This document shows, piece by piece, positions 37,287 to 47,474 of a stretch of DNA of 64,000 bases; within the stretch, counting starts at the first letter, position 1, and each line of letters opens with the position of its first letter. The stretch is from positions 31,444-95,443 of the forward strand of contig CAYTQI010000001.1 of NCBI GenBank assembly GCA_964440235.1, given 5' to 3'. The notes beneath the pieces were generated by a model. The model was not told where the DNA came from, made no database searches, and saw nothing but the letters and a program-made list of their open reading frames with translations. This DNA comes from an uncultured Planctomycetia bacterium (GTDB taxonomy: Bacteria > Omnitrophota > Gorgyraeia > JABMRN01 > RBG-13-46-9). The position numbers and the translations under genes are program-made.

Positions 37287-38198
37287 TCATAGTTTCCCCT
37301 TCGCAATCAAGCCTGCCATATCCTCAGGCAGCTCACTATCGAATTCCATGAACTTTTTCGTCGCCGGGTGAAAAAAGCCAAGTGTCTTCGCGTGAAGAGC
37401 CTGGCGATTTAATCCTTTCGGCGAACCGTACAATTTATCCCCGATAACAGGATGGCCTATGTGCGCCAGATGCACCCTGATCTGATGCGTCCTTCCCGTC
37501 CCGAGAAAAAGCTCCAGAACCGTAAAACCATCCATCCTCTCAAGGACCCTGTAATTGGTAATAGCGTTTTTTCTTTTTTCGCCGGCAAACGAAATGCCCA
37601 TTTTCGTCACGTCTTTTTTCTTCCTTGCGATAGGCGCCTCTATCCTGCCGTTGTCAAGCTGCACATAACCTTTTGCCAGCGCTATATAACGTCGCCTGGT
37701 TTTTCGATTCTTGAACTGGTTTGAGATATTAATGTGTGCGCGGTCATTTTTCGCAACCACCAGAAGCCCGGATGTTTCCTTGTCCAGCCGGTGGACAATC
37801 CCGGGCCTCAAAACCCCTCCTATGCCCGAGAGGTCCCCGCATCGGGCAATAAGCGCGTTAACCAGTGTCCCGGTAAATCGCCCCGGCGCCGGATGCGTAG
37901 CCATTCCCGCCGGTTTGTTGACAACAAGGATATCCGTATCTTCATAAACGATTTCAAGAGGGATATTTTCCGCTTGAATTTTTAACGCCTTGGGTTCCGG
38001 GATGCTTACATCCACATTTTCGCCCGCCAGGACCCTGTAATGGGCATTTTCACCGTCTCCGTTTACACGCACATTCTTTGAATCTATAAGTTTCCTGAGA
38101 AAAGTCCGTGAAAACCGCCCGCCAAACGCCTCAACCAGAAATCTGTCAAGCCTCTTGCCGGCATGTTTATCTTTCACAATAAGTTTTATCGTTTCCAT
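37287..38198 (-). CDS. rluD: RluA-family 23S rRNA pseudouridine synthase (RluD-like) with N-terminal S4 domain
   Basis: S4-like N-terminus (KRLDRFLVEAF...), catalytic VVNKPAGMATHP with the HRLDKETSGLLVVAK motif. Confidence 0.8.
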   Translation of the reverse strand: METIKLIVKDKHAGKRLDRFLVEAFGGRFSRTFLRKLIDSKNVRVNGDGENAHYRVLAGENVDVSIPEPKALKIQAENIPLEIVYEDTDILVVNKPAGMATHPAPGRFTGTLVNALIARCGDLSGIGGVLRPGIVHRLDKETSGLLVVAKNDRAHINISNQFKNRKTRRRYIALAKGYVQLDNGRIEAPIARKKKDVTKMGISFAGEKRKNAITNYRVLERMDGFTVLELFLGTGRTHQIRVHLAHIGHPVIGDKLYGSPKGLNRQALHAKTLGFFHPATKKFMEFDSELPEDMAGLIAKGKL

Positions 38199-38303
38199 TT
38201 TCCGGGTTTCCCGCGTTCAATCATATCCCGCGATAAATTCACGTAAAACACAAAATCTTTCCGTAATCGATCTACCGGGTTTGGCATCGGCAAAATTCCG
38301 TAT

Positions 38304-39233
38304 CTAACTATTCAAAAGCTCCAGGATTTTCAGATTTGCTTCTTCGTTTATAGCGGTTATCTCGGGATCTGAAAGTCCTTTGGCCGAAAAAACTTCCGGG
38401 TGATTCAAACGGGAAATTATCTTTTTAAATATACCCTTTACGATAATCGGAGAATAATCGCCTGTTATATCAGCACCCGTGATGTCCAGATTTTCTTTTA
38501 TGAGCCTCACCATCAAAAGTAATTCCTTCAGGGGGATCTTTCCCTCCTGCCAATTGGTCGCCGCCCACTCTTTTTTAAGACAATCTTTATCTATCGAAAC
38601 ATAAACGCGCCCGGGCGGAATCTTTTTAATGATACCGAGGAAAACGTTTTTCAAATTTTTCCCTTCAAGCGCATTCCATCGGATTTTTTTAAAAAACAGG
38701 CCTTTCCTGACGTTAACGGATGTGTTCGCCGGGATTTTCCTCAAAAAAACTACGGAAGGGACCTGCGCGTACGGATAAATCTCAACCCTGTCGTTTTCAA
38801 GAGAACCAAAATTTCCCGTTTGAACGGAAAAACTCGAGGGCCGGGTGGAACACACACCTATTATAACATGTTTCAGGACATTCCTGTTTTTAAGGGCCCT
38901 TGTAACCCATCCGCCGCATGACGCGCGAGGCGGAAAAATATTCCAATCCGGGTGAAAATCAAAATGGATAACGGAAACAGGCTCTTTAATTTCCTCTATC
39001 AGGATACCGCTTACCTGGTGGAAATCGCCCGATCCCAAAAATGTGACGGAATTTTTCGCGGAGCCGCGGATACGGTTTCTGATTTCCATTTCGCTTCTTT
39101 TATCCATCCAGAACCTGGCCCCCGGTCCGATATCTTTCAAGTGCACTATGTCTGTTTCATACTCGGAACACAGCTTCCGCTGACTTGTAACGCTATCATC
39201 AAAATTTAATATTCGAATCTGTTTATTTAGCAT
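38304..39233 (-). CDS. Arginase/agmatinase/formiminoglutamase-family (ureohydrolase fold) protein, possibly divergent
   Basis: Spacing of FLGSGDFHQVS, HFDFHPDW and VSIDKDCL resembles the three metal-binding motifs (GGDHS / DAHxD / SxDxD) of the arginase family. The similarity is weak. Confidence 0.4.
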   Translation of the reverse strand: MLNKQIRILNFDDSVTSQRKLCSEYETDIVHLKDIGPGARFWMDKRSEMEIRNRIRGSAKNSVTFLGSGDFHQVSGILIEEIKEPVSVIHFDFHPDWNIFPPRASCGGWVTRALKNRNVLKHVIIGVCSTRPSSFSVQTGNFGSLENDRVEIYPYAQVPSVVFLRKIPANTSVNVRKGLFFKKIRWNALEGKNLKNVFLGIIKKIPPGRVYVSIDKDCLKKEWAATNWQEGKIPLKELLLMVRLIKENLDITGADITGDYSPIIVKGIFKKIISRLNHPEVFSAKGLSDPEITAINEEANLKILELLNS

Positions 39234-39966
39234 TGCCTTTTCTTAAAAATACCAAAAGATACATACTTGCGGCAAAAATGAAAACGCATATAAACTGAGA
39301 AATGGTCAGGCCAAAAGCGTAGGTAGGATTATCGCCCCGCAAAAAATCGATTATAAACCGCTGGCCGCTGTAGAGCGAGAGATAAAGCGTGAATATCGTT
39401 CCCCGGGCATGCCGGCGTTCGCCGGCCAGTTTCAAAATCACAAATATGCAAACAAGCGCGAAAGAGGCGTAAAGCTGAGTCGGGTGCCGGTAAACCGCTT
39501 CACCCGGGAAAATAACACCCGGAAAAGGCCATACTGCCGGGCGGCCGAAACAACAGCCGTTAAAAAAACATCCTATCCTTCCTATCGCATGTCCAAGCGC
39601 CATGTAGGGAGCCGCAAAATCGGCGATTTTCCAGAACGGCAGCCTTTTCCTTGCGGTAAAAACAGCGCATGCCAGAATCGCCAGGCCAAACCCGCCGATA
39701 AAAGCGAGGCCGCCACGCCATATAAAAAATATGCTAACTGGATTTTTCGCGTAAAAATCAAGATTAACCAGAATATGCAACGCCCGCGCCCCGATAAGGC
39801 CAAAGGCAAGTATTAAAAATTCCAGGTCCAGTATTTGCTGGGGATAAAAATTTTCTTTTTTTGCTTCGAGGTATAGCAGGGAAAATGCCGTGAAAAACCC
39901 CACGGCTACTAAAACACCGTAGGAGCGTATGGTGAAGGGCCCTATTTCGAAAAATATGGGATGCAT
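39223..39966 (-). CDS. lgt: Prolipoprotein diacylglyceryl transferase
   Basis: Polytopic, with the Lgt signature ...HAIGRIGCFFNGCCFG... and YPTQLY. Confidence 0.85.
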   Translation of the reverse strand: MHPIFFEIGPFTIRSYGVLVAVGFFTAFSLLYLEAKKENFYPQQILDLEFLILAFGLIGARALHILVNLDFYAKNPVSIFFIWRGGLAFIGGFGLAILACAVFTARKRLPFWKIADFAAPYMALGHAIGRIGCFFNGCCFGRPAVWPFPGVIFPGEAVYRHPTQLYASFALVCIFVILKLAGERRHARGTIFTLYLSLYSGQRFIIDFLRGDNPTYAFGLTISQFICVFIFAASMYLLVFLRKGNAK

Positions 39967-40006
39967 GTAAAATTAAAAATAGAAATTCATGCCGTAAATG
40001 ATATTC

Positions 40007-40456
40007 TTACATTTTCCGGCTTTTGATTTTAAAAACGCTAATAATCAATAAAATCGCGCCGATCGTCACGGCGGAATCAGCGAGGTTAAACACCGGCCAT
40101 ATCCTGAAATCCAAAAAATCGATCACGTATCCGAATCGCAGCCTGTCTGCAAGGTTACCGAGAACCCCTCCCAGGATCAGCCCGAGCGCCATATCTCTCG
40201 GGAAAAACGGTTTTGACATTTTCCTTGCATACAGGGTAATCGCGCACACCGCGAAGATACCAACGGCTATGAAGAAAAACACCGCCCCTTTTAAAAGCCC
40301 GAAAGCCGCTCCGGTGTTTAGGATTAGGGTAAAATGAAAAATATTTTCCGCCACCGGAAGGGATTCGTCAATATTTAACGACCGTACTGCTATAAATTTA
40401 GAAAGCTGATCCAGGCCAAAAACAGCGGCCGTGACGGCCCAGAGCACTCTACTCAT
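40007..40456 (-). CDS. lspA: Lipoprotein signal peptidase II (start set at the internal Met MSRVLW...)
   Basis: 4-TM SPase II with FNLADSAV and ...NTGAAFG... motifs. The classic ileS-lspA neighbourhood. The longer ORF-track N-terminus overlaps the upstream gene in another frame. Confidence 0.8.
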   Translation of the reverse strand: MSRVLWAVTAAVFGLDQLSKFIAVRSLNIDESLPVAENIFHFTLILNTGAAFGLLKGAVFFFIAVGIFAVCAITLYARKMSKPFFPRDMALGLILGGVLGNLADRLRFGYVIDFLDFRIWPVFNLADSAVTIGAILLIISVFKIKSRKM

Positions 40457-40856
40457 GGCGCCGGTTTTGTTTTTTCTCCATTTTTTCCTGGCACGAGCAG
40501 CAGCATGCGGCATGCGGTATGGCTTTAAGGCGGGCCATCGATATTCTCTTTTTGCATTCCTGGCAATAACCGTATCCGCCATCCTCTATCCTTCTCAACG
40601 CGTCGTCAATCTTGAAAAGAAGCTTACGCTCCCCCGCGGCAAGCTGAAGAAGAAAATCCCTTTCATAAACATCACTTGCCATGTCCGCCATATGATAGGA
40701 ATAGCCGGAAAGATCGCCGGATGCTTCGCGCTGAGATTTTTTTAGCGTCCCGTTAGTGATATGGTTAATTTCGTGTAATAGATTTATCTTTTCCTTAATC
40801 AGGAGGTTTTTGAAATTTTTTAGTTCCCTCCTGCCTATTTTGCCCCGTTTTGTCAT
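40449..40856 (-). CDS. DksA/TraR-family C4 zinc-finger protein
   Basis: C-terminal CQECKKRISMARLKAIPHAACCCSCQE (CxxC-x17-CxxC) and a coiled-coil-like N-terminal half. It is inserted between ileS and lspA. Confidence 0.65.
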   Translation of the reverse strand: MTKRGKIGRRELKNFKNLLIKEKINLLHEINHITNGTLKKSQREASGDLSGYSYHMADMASDVYERDFLLQLAAGERKLLFKIDDALRRIEDGGYGYCQECKKRISMARLKAIPHAACCCSCQEKMEKKQNRRHE

Positions 40857-43642
40857 TTTTTATTCTCCTTTTCTGATTTAACAGTGGCGGCGCATCTTTC
40901 GCAAATATCCGAAAATTCCCCGCATTTTCCGACACTTTCGCTAAAATTCCAGCATCGCGCGCATTTTTTGCCATCCGCTTTTTTTACTGATACCCAGAAA
41001 GGCATGCTTTCGGCCTTTCGTGAATCCTTCTCCTTCGTGTCCGAAACCTCAACCTGGGAAGTTATGAAAAGCGAGGGCAGGTGCCGGATATTTGCTTTCA
41101 GGAACTTTTTAAAATCATTCTTTTCACTGTATAAAATTATTTTCGCCTCAAGAGGGCTTCGTATTTCGCCCGCGGAACGTTTGGTTTCCAGCGCCTTTGT
41201 GACCTCTTCCCGTACTTTCAAAAGGGATTCCCATTTTTCGTCAAGCGCCTGATTTTTCCATTTCATCAAATCTTTATCCCACCGGGGCCAACGCTGGAGA
41301 TGTAAGGAATCCCCGGACGGAACAAGCTCCCGGTATGCCTCCTCCGCGGTAAAGGAAATTATAGGGGCCAGTATCATGAGGAGGGCTTTCAGTATCTCAT
41401 GCAAAACCGCCTGGCAGGAACGCCGTTCAGGCGATTTTTTTCCGAACGTATAAAGCCTGTCCTTTGAAATATCCAGATAAACGCTTGAAATCTCATACAC
41501 ACAGAAATTATATATGGAGCGAAATACCCTGTAAAACGCGTAATCAGAATAGTGTTTTTCCGCTTCCGTTACAACGCGCGCCAGGCGCGAAAGCATCCAG
41601 CGGTCGATTTCCGGCATATTTTTCGGTTCGGGCGAGTCGGTTTTACCGTTAAAGTCATAAACGTTGCCCAGGAGATACCTGAAGGTATTTCTTATCTTTC
41701 TGTACGCGTCGGCAAGACGCTGTAAAATTTCTTTTGAAAGCCTTATATCATCCTGGTAATTGCTTGAGGCAACCCAAAGCCTTAAAATATCTGCGCCGTA
41801 TTTTTGCATGATTTCTTCCGGGGAAATCACGTTGCCGAGCGATTTAGACATTTTTTTTCCTTCCCCGTCGACAAAGAAGCCGTGGGTAAGAACATTTCTG
41901 TACGGCGCTTTTTTTTCTATGGCGCACGAAATAATGAGCGACGACTGAAACCAACCCCTGTGCTGATCGGAGCCTTCAAGGTAAAGTTCGCATGGAAAAT
42001 CAAGGCCATTTGTTTTTTTCAGGACCTGTTCCCAGCTCACTCCAGATTCAAACCAAACGTCAATAATATCTTTTTCTTTCAAGAGATTTTTGGAACCGCA
42101 TTTCCCGCAACGCGCCCCCCGCCGCAGAAGCTCCTTTTCACTTTTGACGAACCACGCATCACAGCCCTCTTTCTCGATTATATCCGCAACATGTTCGATT
42201 ATTTCATGATCCAAAACGGCCTCTCCGCAGGTTTCGCACTTGAAAGCCACTATCGGAACGCCCCAGTATCTTTGCCTCGAAAGGCACCAATCGGGCCTAT
42301 CCGCGACCATTGCGGATATTCTGCCCCGGCCAAGGACAGGGTGCCATTCAACTTCTTTTTCAATCGCATCAAGCATTTTTTTACGTAAATTTTTATGGTC
42401 CACATCGAGAAAATACTGCTCTGTCGCCCTTGAAATAACAGGTTTTTTGCAACGCCAGCAATGCGGGTAGGAATGGGTAATATTTTCAGCCAGGATCAGC
42501 GCGTTATTTTTACTCAGGCGCTGAAGGATCTTGGGATTCGCTTCGTGCACGTTCATACCGCCGAATTCTCCGCATGTAACGTCAAAAACTCCCTTCGAAT
42601 TAACCGGCATGATTATAGGAAGCTCGTATTTTTTACCGGTCATGTAATCTTCCTGTCCGTGTCCGGGCGCGGTGTGAACACAGCCGGTTCCCTCTTCGTC
42701 GGAAACATAACCCGCGAGAACAACTTTTGAGTCCCTGTCAATAAAGGGATGGCGGCATGTCATGCCTTCCAACTCTTTTCCCTTCACCGTTTTTATTACC
42801 TTGGATGATTTTTTGAATTTTTGGAGCACGCTTCCTGAAAGCGCCTCAAGCATTATCCATTCCTCACCGTCTAAGTCGAGCATCACGTATTTTCTGTCGG
42901 GATGAACCGCTATCGCTACATTGCCAAGAAGCGTCCAGGGCGTCGTCGTCCATATTATAAAATACGTTTTTGTCTGCCGGGCGCCGGGCGCATCTTTTAC
43001 CTTAAATTTGACATATATCGAAGGTGACTTATGCTCCTCATACTCAACCTCAGCTTCCGCGAGCGCGGTTTCGCATGACGTGCACCAGTTTACCGGTTTG
43101 AGCCCCTTGTAAATATACCCCTCTTTCACAAGCCGGCCGAAAGAGCGCACGACCTCGGCTTCGTATTTCGCGTCCAGAGTCAAATAAGCTTTTTCCCAGT
43201 TACCGAAAATACCGAGCCGCTTGAATTCTTTTTTCTGTATCTCAACAAACTTTAAGGCGTATTCGCGCGCTTTTTTCCTGAACTTAACCTGGTCAATATC
43301 ATGTTTTGAAATCCCGAGTTCCTTAAAAAGCTGGTGTTCCACGGGAAGGCCGTGGCAATCCCATCCCGGTATGAACGGAGAATCAAATCCTTTCATGTTG
43401 TAATATTTTACTACGATATCCTTGAGCACTTTATTCAGTACATGCCCCATATGTATGTGGCCGTTGGCGTAAGGGGGGCCGTCATGCAGGATTCGCTTCT
43501 TCGCGCCGGCGGCCGCCTTCCTTATCGATCCGTAAATGTCCTCTTTATTCCAGGCCTCAAGCAGAGCCGGCTCTTTACGCACAAGGCCGGCCTTCATGCT
43601 AAAGTTTGTTTTTGGAAGATTCAACGTTTCCCTGTAACCCAT
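40853..43642 (-). CDS. ileS: Isoleucine--tRNA ligase
   Basis: 929 aa. HIGH (PYANGHIHMGH), KMSKS, CP1 editing domain, C-terminal Zn-binding CARCWN...CERC. Confidence 0.95.
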   Translation of the reverse strand: MGYRETLNLPKTNFSMKAGLVRKEPALLEAWNKEDIYGSIRKAAAGAKKRILHDGPPYANGHIHMGHVLNKVLKDIVVKYYNMKGFDSPFIPGWDCHGLPVEHQLFKELGISKHDIDQVKFRKKAREYALKFVEIQKKEFKRLGIFGNWEKAYLTLDAKYEAEVVRSFGRLVKEGYIYKGLKPVNWCTSCETALAEAEVEYEEHKSPSIYVKFKVKDAPGARQTKTYFIIWTTTPWTLLGNVAIAVHPDRKYVMLDLDGEEWIMLEALSGSVLQKFKKSSKVIKTVKGKELEGMTCRHPFIDRDSKVVLAGYVSDEEGTGCVHTAPGHGQEDYMTGKKYELPIIMPVNSKGVFDVTCGEFGGMNVHEANPKILQRLSKNNALILAENITHSYPHCWRCKKPVISRATEQYFLDVDHKNLRKKMLDAIEKEVEWHPVLGRGRISAMVADRPDWCLSRQRYWGVPIVAFKCETCGEAVLDHEIIEHVADIIEKEGCDAWFVKSEKELLRRGARCGKCGSKNLLKEKDIIDVWFESGVSWEQVLKKTNGLDFPCELYLEGSDQHRGWFQSSLIISCAIEKKAPYRNVLTHGFFVDGEGKKMSKSLGNVISPEEIMQKYGADILRLWVASSNYQDDIRLSKEILQRLADAYRKIRNTFRYLLGNVYDFNGKTDSPEPKNMPEIDRWMLSRLARVVTEAEKHYSDYAFYRVFRSIYNFCVYEISSVYLDISKDRLYTFGKKSPERRSCQAVLHEILKALLMILAPIISFTAEEAYRELVPSGDSLHLQRWPRWDKDLMKWKNQALDEKWESLLKVREEVTKALETKRSAGEIRSPLEAKIILYSEKNDFKKFLKANIRHLPSLFITSQVEVSDTKEKDSRKAESMPFWVSVKKADGKKCARCWNFSESVGKCGEFSDICERCAATVKSEKENKK

Positions 43643-43654
43643 ACCCGGTTCCTT

Positions 43655-44557
43655 TTAAAAATGTGTTATTTTTTTAAAATTTTCAATCCTGCGAGTAATG
43701 TCTTTTTTGCTGATGGCGCCCAGTCGCCGGAGGCTAAAATCTTCCACGGCAAATGTCGCCATTATTGTTCCGCGTACAATGGCTTTTCGCAAATTAGCGT
43801 CATTAACCGATTTCTGCCCGGCCAGATACCCCATGACACCGCCCGCGAACGTATCGCCGGCTCCGGTGGGATCAAAAATTGATTCCATCAGGTAAGCGGG
43901 CGTGCTGAAAATAGAATTCCCGGAAAAAAGAAGCGCTCCGTGTTCGCCTTTTTTTATAATAATTTTTTTCGGGCCCATTTTAAATACGCCCTTTGCCGCC
44001 TTTACGAGGCCCGGCTCGCCGGTAAGTTCTTTTGCCTCGGTTTCATTCAGAAAAAAAAGATCAATTTTTCTAAGGAGCCTCAGCAGCTCCCTGCGCTTGT
44101 TCTCTATCCAGTAATTCATGGTGTCACATGCGACCAGGGCCGGATTTTTGATCTGAGCCAGGACCTTATTCTGCAAGCGCGGATCGATATTGGCCAGGAA
44201 AACATATTCGCTTCTTTTATATTCTTCGGGTATGACAGGATTGAAATCCGCCAGTACGTTAAGATGCGTGGCTATCGTGCGCGGGTTACTGAAGTCCCAG
44301 CCGTATTCCCCCTCCCATCTGAACGTTTTCCCTTTTTTTATTTCCAGGCCTTCGAGAGCGATTTTCTTTTTCCTTAAGAAACGTACGTGCCTTTTCGGGA
44401 AATCCTTTCCGACCACAGCAACCAGGTTTACGCGGGGTTCGAAAAATTTCGCGCTTACGGAAAAATATGTGGCGGAACCGCCAAGAACTTCCCCGCATTT
44501 GCCAAAAGGCGTTTTTACGGTATCAAGTGCCACCGAACCCACAACCAGGATACTCAT
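43655..44557 (-). CDS. PfkB/ribokinase-family carbohydrate or nucleoside kinase
   Basis: N-terminal GG motif (VVGSVALD) and C-terminal DPTGAGDTFAGG anion-hole motif. It is overlap-coupled to mtnP, which suggests a nucleoside-salvage role (inference). Confidence 0.75.
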   Translation of the reverse strand: MSILVVGSVALDTVKTPFGKCGEVLGGSATYFSVSAKFFEPRVNLVAVVGKDFPKRHVRFLRKKKIALEGLEIKKGKTFRWEGEYGWDFSNPRTIATHLNVLADFNPVIPEEYKRSEYVFLANIDPRLQNKVLAQIKNPALVACDTMNYWIENKRRELLRLLRKIDLFFLNETEAKELTGEPGLVKAAKGVFKMGPKKIIIKKGEHGALLFSGNSIFSTPAYLMESIFDPTGAGDTFAGGVMGYLAGQKSVNDANLRKAIVRGTIMATFAVEDFSLRRLGAISKKDITRRIENFKKITHF

Positions 44558-45414
44558 TTCATATGCCTTCCCATTATGAGCGCCAGTTTCTTTTTGGTAT
44601 GGACCGGTACCTTTTTCAGATCGGTTATGACAGCGTATTTAAGGGCGTCTTTGCAGGCGCATGAGCGTGCCCCGTCAAGCCGGCCAATCATGTTTTTCAA
44701 TATTTTTTTCGCGTTTGTTACGTTTTTACCGAGGTTTTCCATGATCATTTCCACCGTGACAGAATCCGCCGTCTCGTGCCAGCAGTCATAATCCGTAACC
44801 GCGGCCAGGGATACGTAGCACATTTCCGCTTCCCGCGCAAGGCGCGCTTCCGTCATGTTGGTCATCCCTATTATGTCCATCCCCCACTTCCGGTAAAGGT
44901 TTGACTCGGCCAGAGTGGAAAACTGCGGGCCCTCCATATTTAGATATGTACCGCCAAGGTGAGCGGCAATGCCGCTGTCTCTCGCGGAATCATACGCTAT
45001 TTTAGCTAGATCTTCGCAAACAGGATGCGCGAAACTTATGTGCGCCACAATTCCGTCTTCAAAAAACGTATTCTGCCTGGAGCTATTTGTCCTGTCCACG
45101 AACTGAAGGGGAATAACAAAATGCATGGGCGCAAGCTCCTCCCGCAGAGAACCGCAGGCGGTAACGGAAATAACGCGCTCGACACCCAGCTCTTTCATCC
45201 CGTAAATGTTCGCCCGGTAATTTATCCCGCTCGGGTTTATGCTATGTCCCACGCCGTGCCTGGGCAAAAAAACCACATCCTTCCCCTCCAGGCGCCCCAA
45301 AACAAACTCGCCGGAAGGCCTCCCAAAAGGCGTATTTATCCGTTTTTTCTCTTTTATCTCCATGCCCTCGATCTTGTATAAACCGCTTCCGCCAATCACT
45401 CCTATTCTTGCCAT
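44554..45414 (-). CDS. mtnP: S-methyl-5'-thioadenosine phosphorylase (PNP/MTAP family)
   Basis: IGVIGGSGLY, ...TPFG.PS... and LGGTYLNMEGPQFST are typical of MTAP. Confidence 0.85.
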   Translation of the reverse strand: MARIGVIGGSGLYKIEGMEIKEKKRINTPFGRPSGEFVLGRLEGKDVVFLPRHGVGHSINPSGINYRANIYGMKELGVERVISVTACGSLREELAPMHFVIPLQFVDRTNSSRQNTFFEDGIVAHISFAHPVCEDLAKIAYDSARDSGIAAHLGGTYLNMEGPQFSTLAESNLYRKWGMDIIGMTNMTEARLAREAEMCYVSLAAVTDYDCWHETADSVTVEMIMENLGKNVTNAKKILKNMIGRLDGARSCACKDALKYAVITDLKKVPVHTKKKLALIMGRHMK

Positions 45415-45483
45415 ATGAGTCCTTCCTCTTGATCAATTTAATCCGGCCGGCCATGTTCAGCCGCCCCGTTTAAATTTTATTTA

Positions 45484-45783
45484 TTATCTCAGGCGAACCG
45501 CGAGGGTCAATAAACTGTTTACGACAAATAATCTGATAAACCACAGAAGAAGTATCGCGATTACCGGGGAAATGTCTATCCCTATGTTGCCGATCGGGAT
45601 AAGCCTCCTTAGCGGCGCAAGCATCGGCTCTGTTATCCTGTGCAGGATCTGCACGATCATATTATACGGATCAGGATTAACCCAACTGATGAGCGCCCTG
45701 ATGATTATTACCCAGGTAAGTATAGTGATCAGATATTGAAGAATAACGGCCAGGGCCAATATAAGATTTCCCAAGACAAACAT
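45484..45783 (-). CDS. yggT: YggT-family membrane protein
   Basis: 99 aa, 2 TM, RALISWVNPDPYN motif. The yggS-proC-yggT neighbourhood is conserved. Confidence 0.7.
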   Translation of the reverse strand: MFVLGNLILALAVILQYLITILTWVIIIRALISWVNPDPYNMIVQILHRITEPMLAPLRRLIPIGNIGIDISPVIAILLLWFIRLFVVNSLLTLAVRLR

Positions 45784-45787
45784 ATTT

Positions 45788-46585
45788 TTACGCCTCCTTC
45801 GAAAGTTTCAGGGACCTTCGCGCGGCGGCCTGCGCCGCTTCAAACACTATTTTTTCAAATTCTCTAGTTTTAAAAACCTTAAGCGCCGCCTCCGTTACCC
45901 CTTTTTTTGAGGTTATGCGTTTTCTTAGGGCTTTAGGCGCTTGAGACAGGTTTTCCAGAAGCGCCCCGCTTCCGGCCAGGGTCGCGCTCGTAAGTTTTGA
46001 GGCAAGCTCTTTTTTTATTCCCATTTTAATCGCCGCCGCCTCAAGCCCCTCAGCCAGATAATAAAAATAAGCTAATCCGCTTCCGCTTATCGCGGTTATC
46101 GCGTCCATTTTTTTTTCGCTCGCATCGACTACTTCACCGACGGAAGCGAAAATCCTTCGCACCTCCGCCTCGTTTTTCACCATTCTGTTATGACTTAAAA
46201 CGGTTATGCCTTTTCCGGCCATCGCGGCCATATTTGGCATAGCGCGTGTTACGGCAATTTTCATTTTTATAAGCGCCTCTATGCGCGCTATAGTAACGCC
46301 GGCCATGATCGAAACTAGGTGCTTGGAGCTGTCGAGATTGCCTGAAATGGAAAGCAATAACGCCCTGGAATCCTGCGGCTTGACAGCGATAATAATAATG
46401 CCGCACTTTTTAGCAACCTCTTCCGCGGTGCCGACGCGGATGCCGAATTTTTTATGAAGGGCCCGGGTCCTGGATGAATCTTTATCGCTTACGTAAATAT
46501 TGCCGAATGATAATACCCTCGCTGATAGAGCGCCGCTGGCAATGGCGCTTCCCATATTTCCGCAGCCAATTATACCCAGTCTCAT
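45788..46585 (-). CDS. proC: Pyrroline-5-carboxylate reductase
   Basis: LGIIGCGNMGSAI Rossmann motif and a P5CR C-terminal dimerisation domain. Confidence 0.85.
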   Translation of the reverse strand: MRLGIIGCGNMGSAIASGALSARVLSFGNIYVSDKDSSRTRALHKKFGIRVGTAEEVAKKCGIIIIAVKPQDSRALLLSISGNLDSSKHLVSIMAGVTIARIEALIKMKIAVTRAMPNMAAMAGKGITVLSHNRMVKNEAEVRRIFASVGEVVDASEKKMDAITAISGSGLAYFYYLAEGLEAAAIKMGIKKELASKLTSATLAGSGALLENLSQAPKALRKRITSKKGVTEAALKVFKTREFEKIVFEAAQAAARRSLKLSKEA

Positions 46586-46632
46586 AGTGTTCTCCGTTCT
46601 ACCTGTTTAACGCGGGATTCTTAGGTTTTACT

Positions 46633-47307
46633 TTATTTCCCGATGCTAGGCGCCGTTTGAAAAATCGCGGAGCCCACCCGAACCATCGTAGCGCCCTCTT
46701 CCACAGCCACTTCAAAGTCCTGTGTCATGCCCATTGAAAGCTCCGTAAGGCCACAGGTATCCCTTAATTCCCTTAATCTCCTGAAGTAAGGGCGCGCTGT
46801 TTCGGCATCTTCGGTAAAAGGCGCCATTGTCATAAGGCCGAGTGGATTCACGTGTTTCAATGCCCGGATCTCGCCAAGAAAATTTTCAAGCGACTCGGGC
46901 TTGATGCCGAATTTACTTTTTTCGCCTGATACATTAACCTCAATCATGATGTCCTGAACTTTGCGGATCTTTTTGGCCTGTTTTTCTATCACACCGGCCA
47001 GTTTAACGCTATCCAGGGAATGAATAATTGAAAACATTTTCACGGCGTCCCCTGCCTTGTTGCTCTGAAGATGCCCTATCATGTGCCAGGACAGAATATG
47101 GCTGTCAAGCATTTCCTTTTTTAAACGGGCGTCGTTTACGCGGTTTTCACCGATATCCTTAACGCCCAGGGCGATTGCCTCTTTGATCTGCTCGAGGCCG
47201 GCTTCTTTCGTAACCGCTATAAGTTTCACGCTTTCCGGGCCGCGGCCCGCCCTGTTAGCGGCCTGCGCTATTCTTTTCCTGACATGCGCGAGATTGTCTT
47301 TTACCAT
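46633..47307 (-). CDS. yggS: PLP-homeostasis protein YggS (UPF0001, alanine racemase-like TIM barrel). Start at the internal Met MVKDNLAHV
   Basis: ...NLAHVRKRIAQAA...LIAVTKE...IGENRVND... matches the YggS N-terminus. The longer ORF-track start would overrun the ftsA stop. Confidence 0.8.
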   Translation of the reverse strand: MVKDNLAHVRKRIAQAANRAGRGPESVKLIAVTKEAGLEQIKEAIALGVKDIGENRVNDARLKKEMLDSHILSWHMIGHLQSNKAGDAVKMFSIIHSLDSVKLAGVIEKQAKKIRKVQDIMIEVNVSGEKSKFGIKPESLENFLGEIRALKHVNPLGLMTMAPFTEDAETARPYFRRLRELRDTCGLTELSMGMTQDFEVAVEEGATMVRVGSAIFQTAPSIGK

Positions 47308-47474
47308 TTTTTCACCATAGAGAATCCGAAAACATCTCCTAAGACTCGCCGGTGCCGCGAAACCCCCTGCCAAGGCCATCTTCATTCGGGATAGCGTAGC
47401 ACATAAGCCACACACTGTCAAATAAAAATGCGGGCGCTGTTTTAACCTGCGGGGACATACAGAATCAGGCAAAC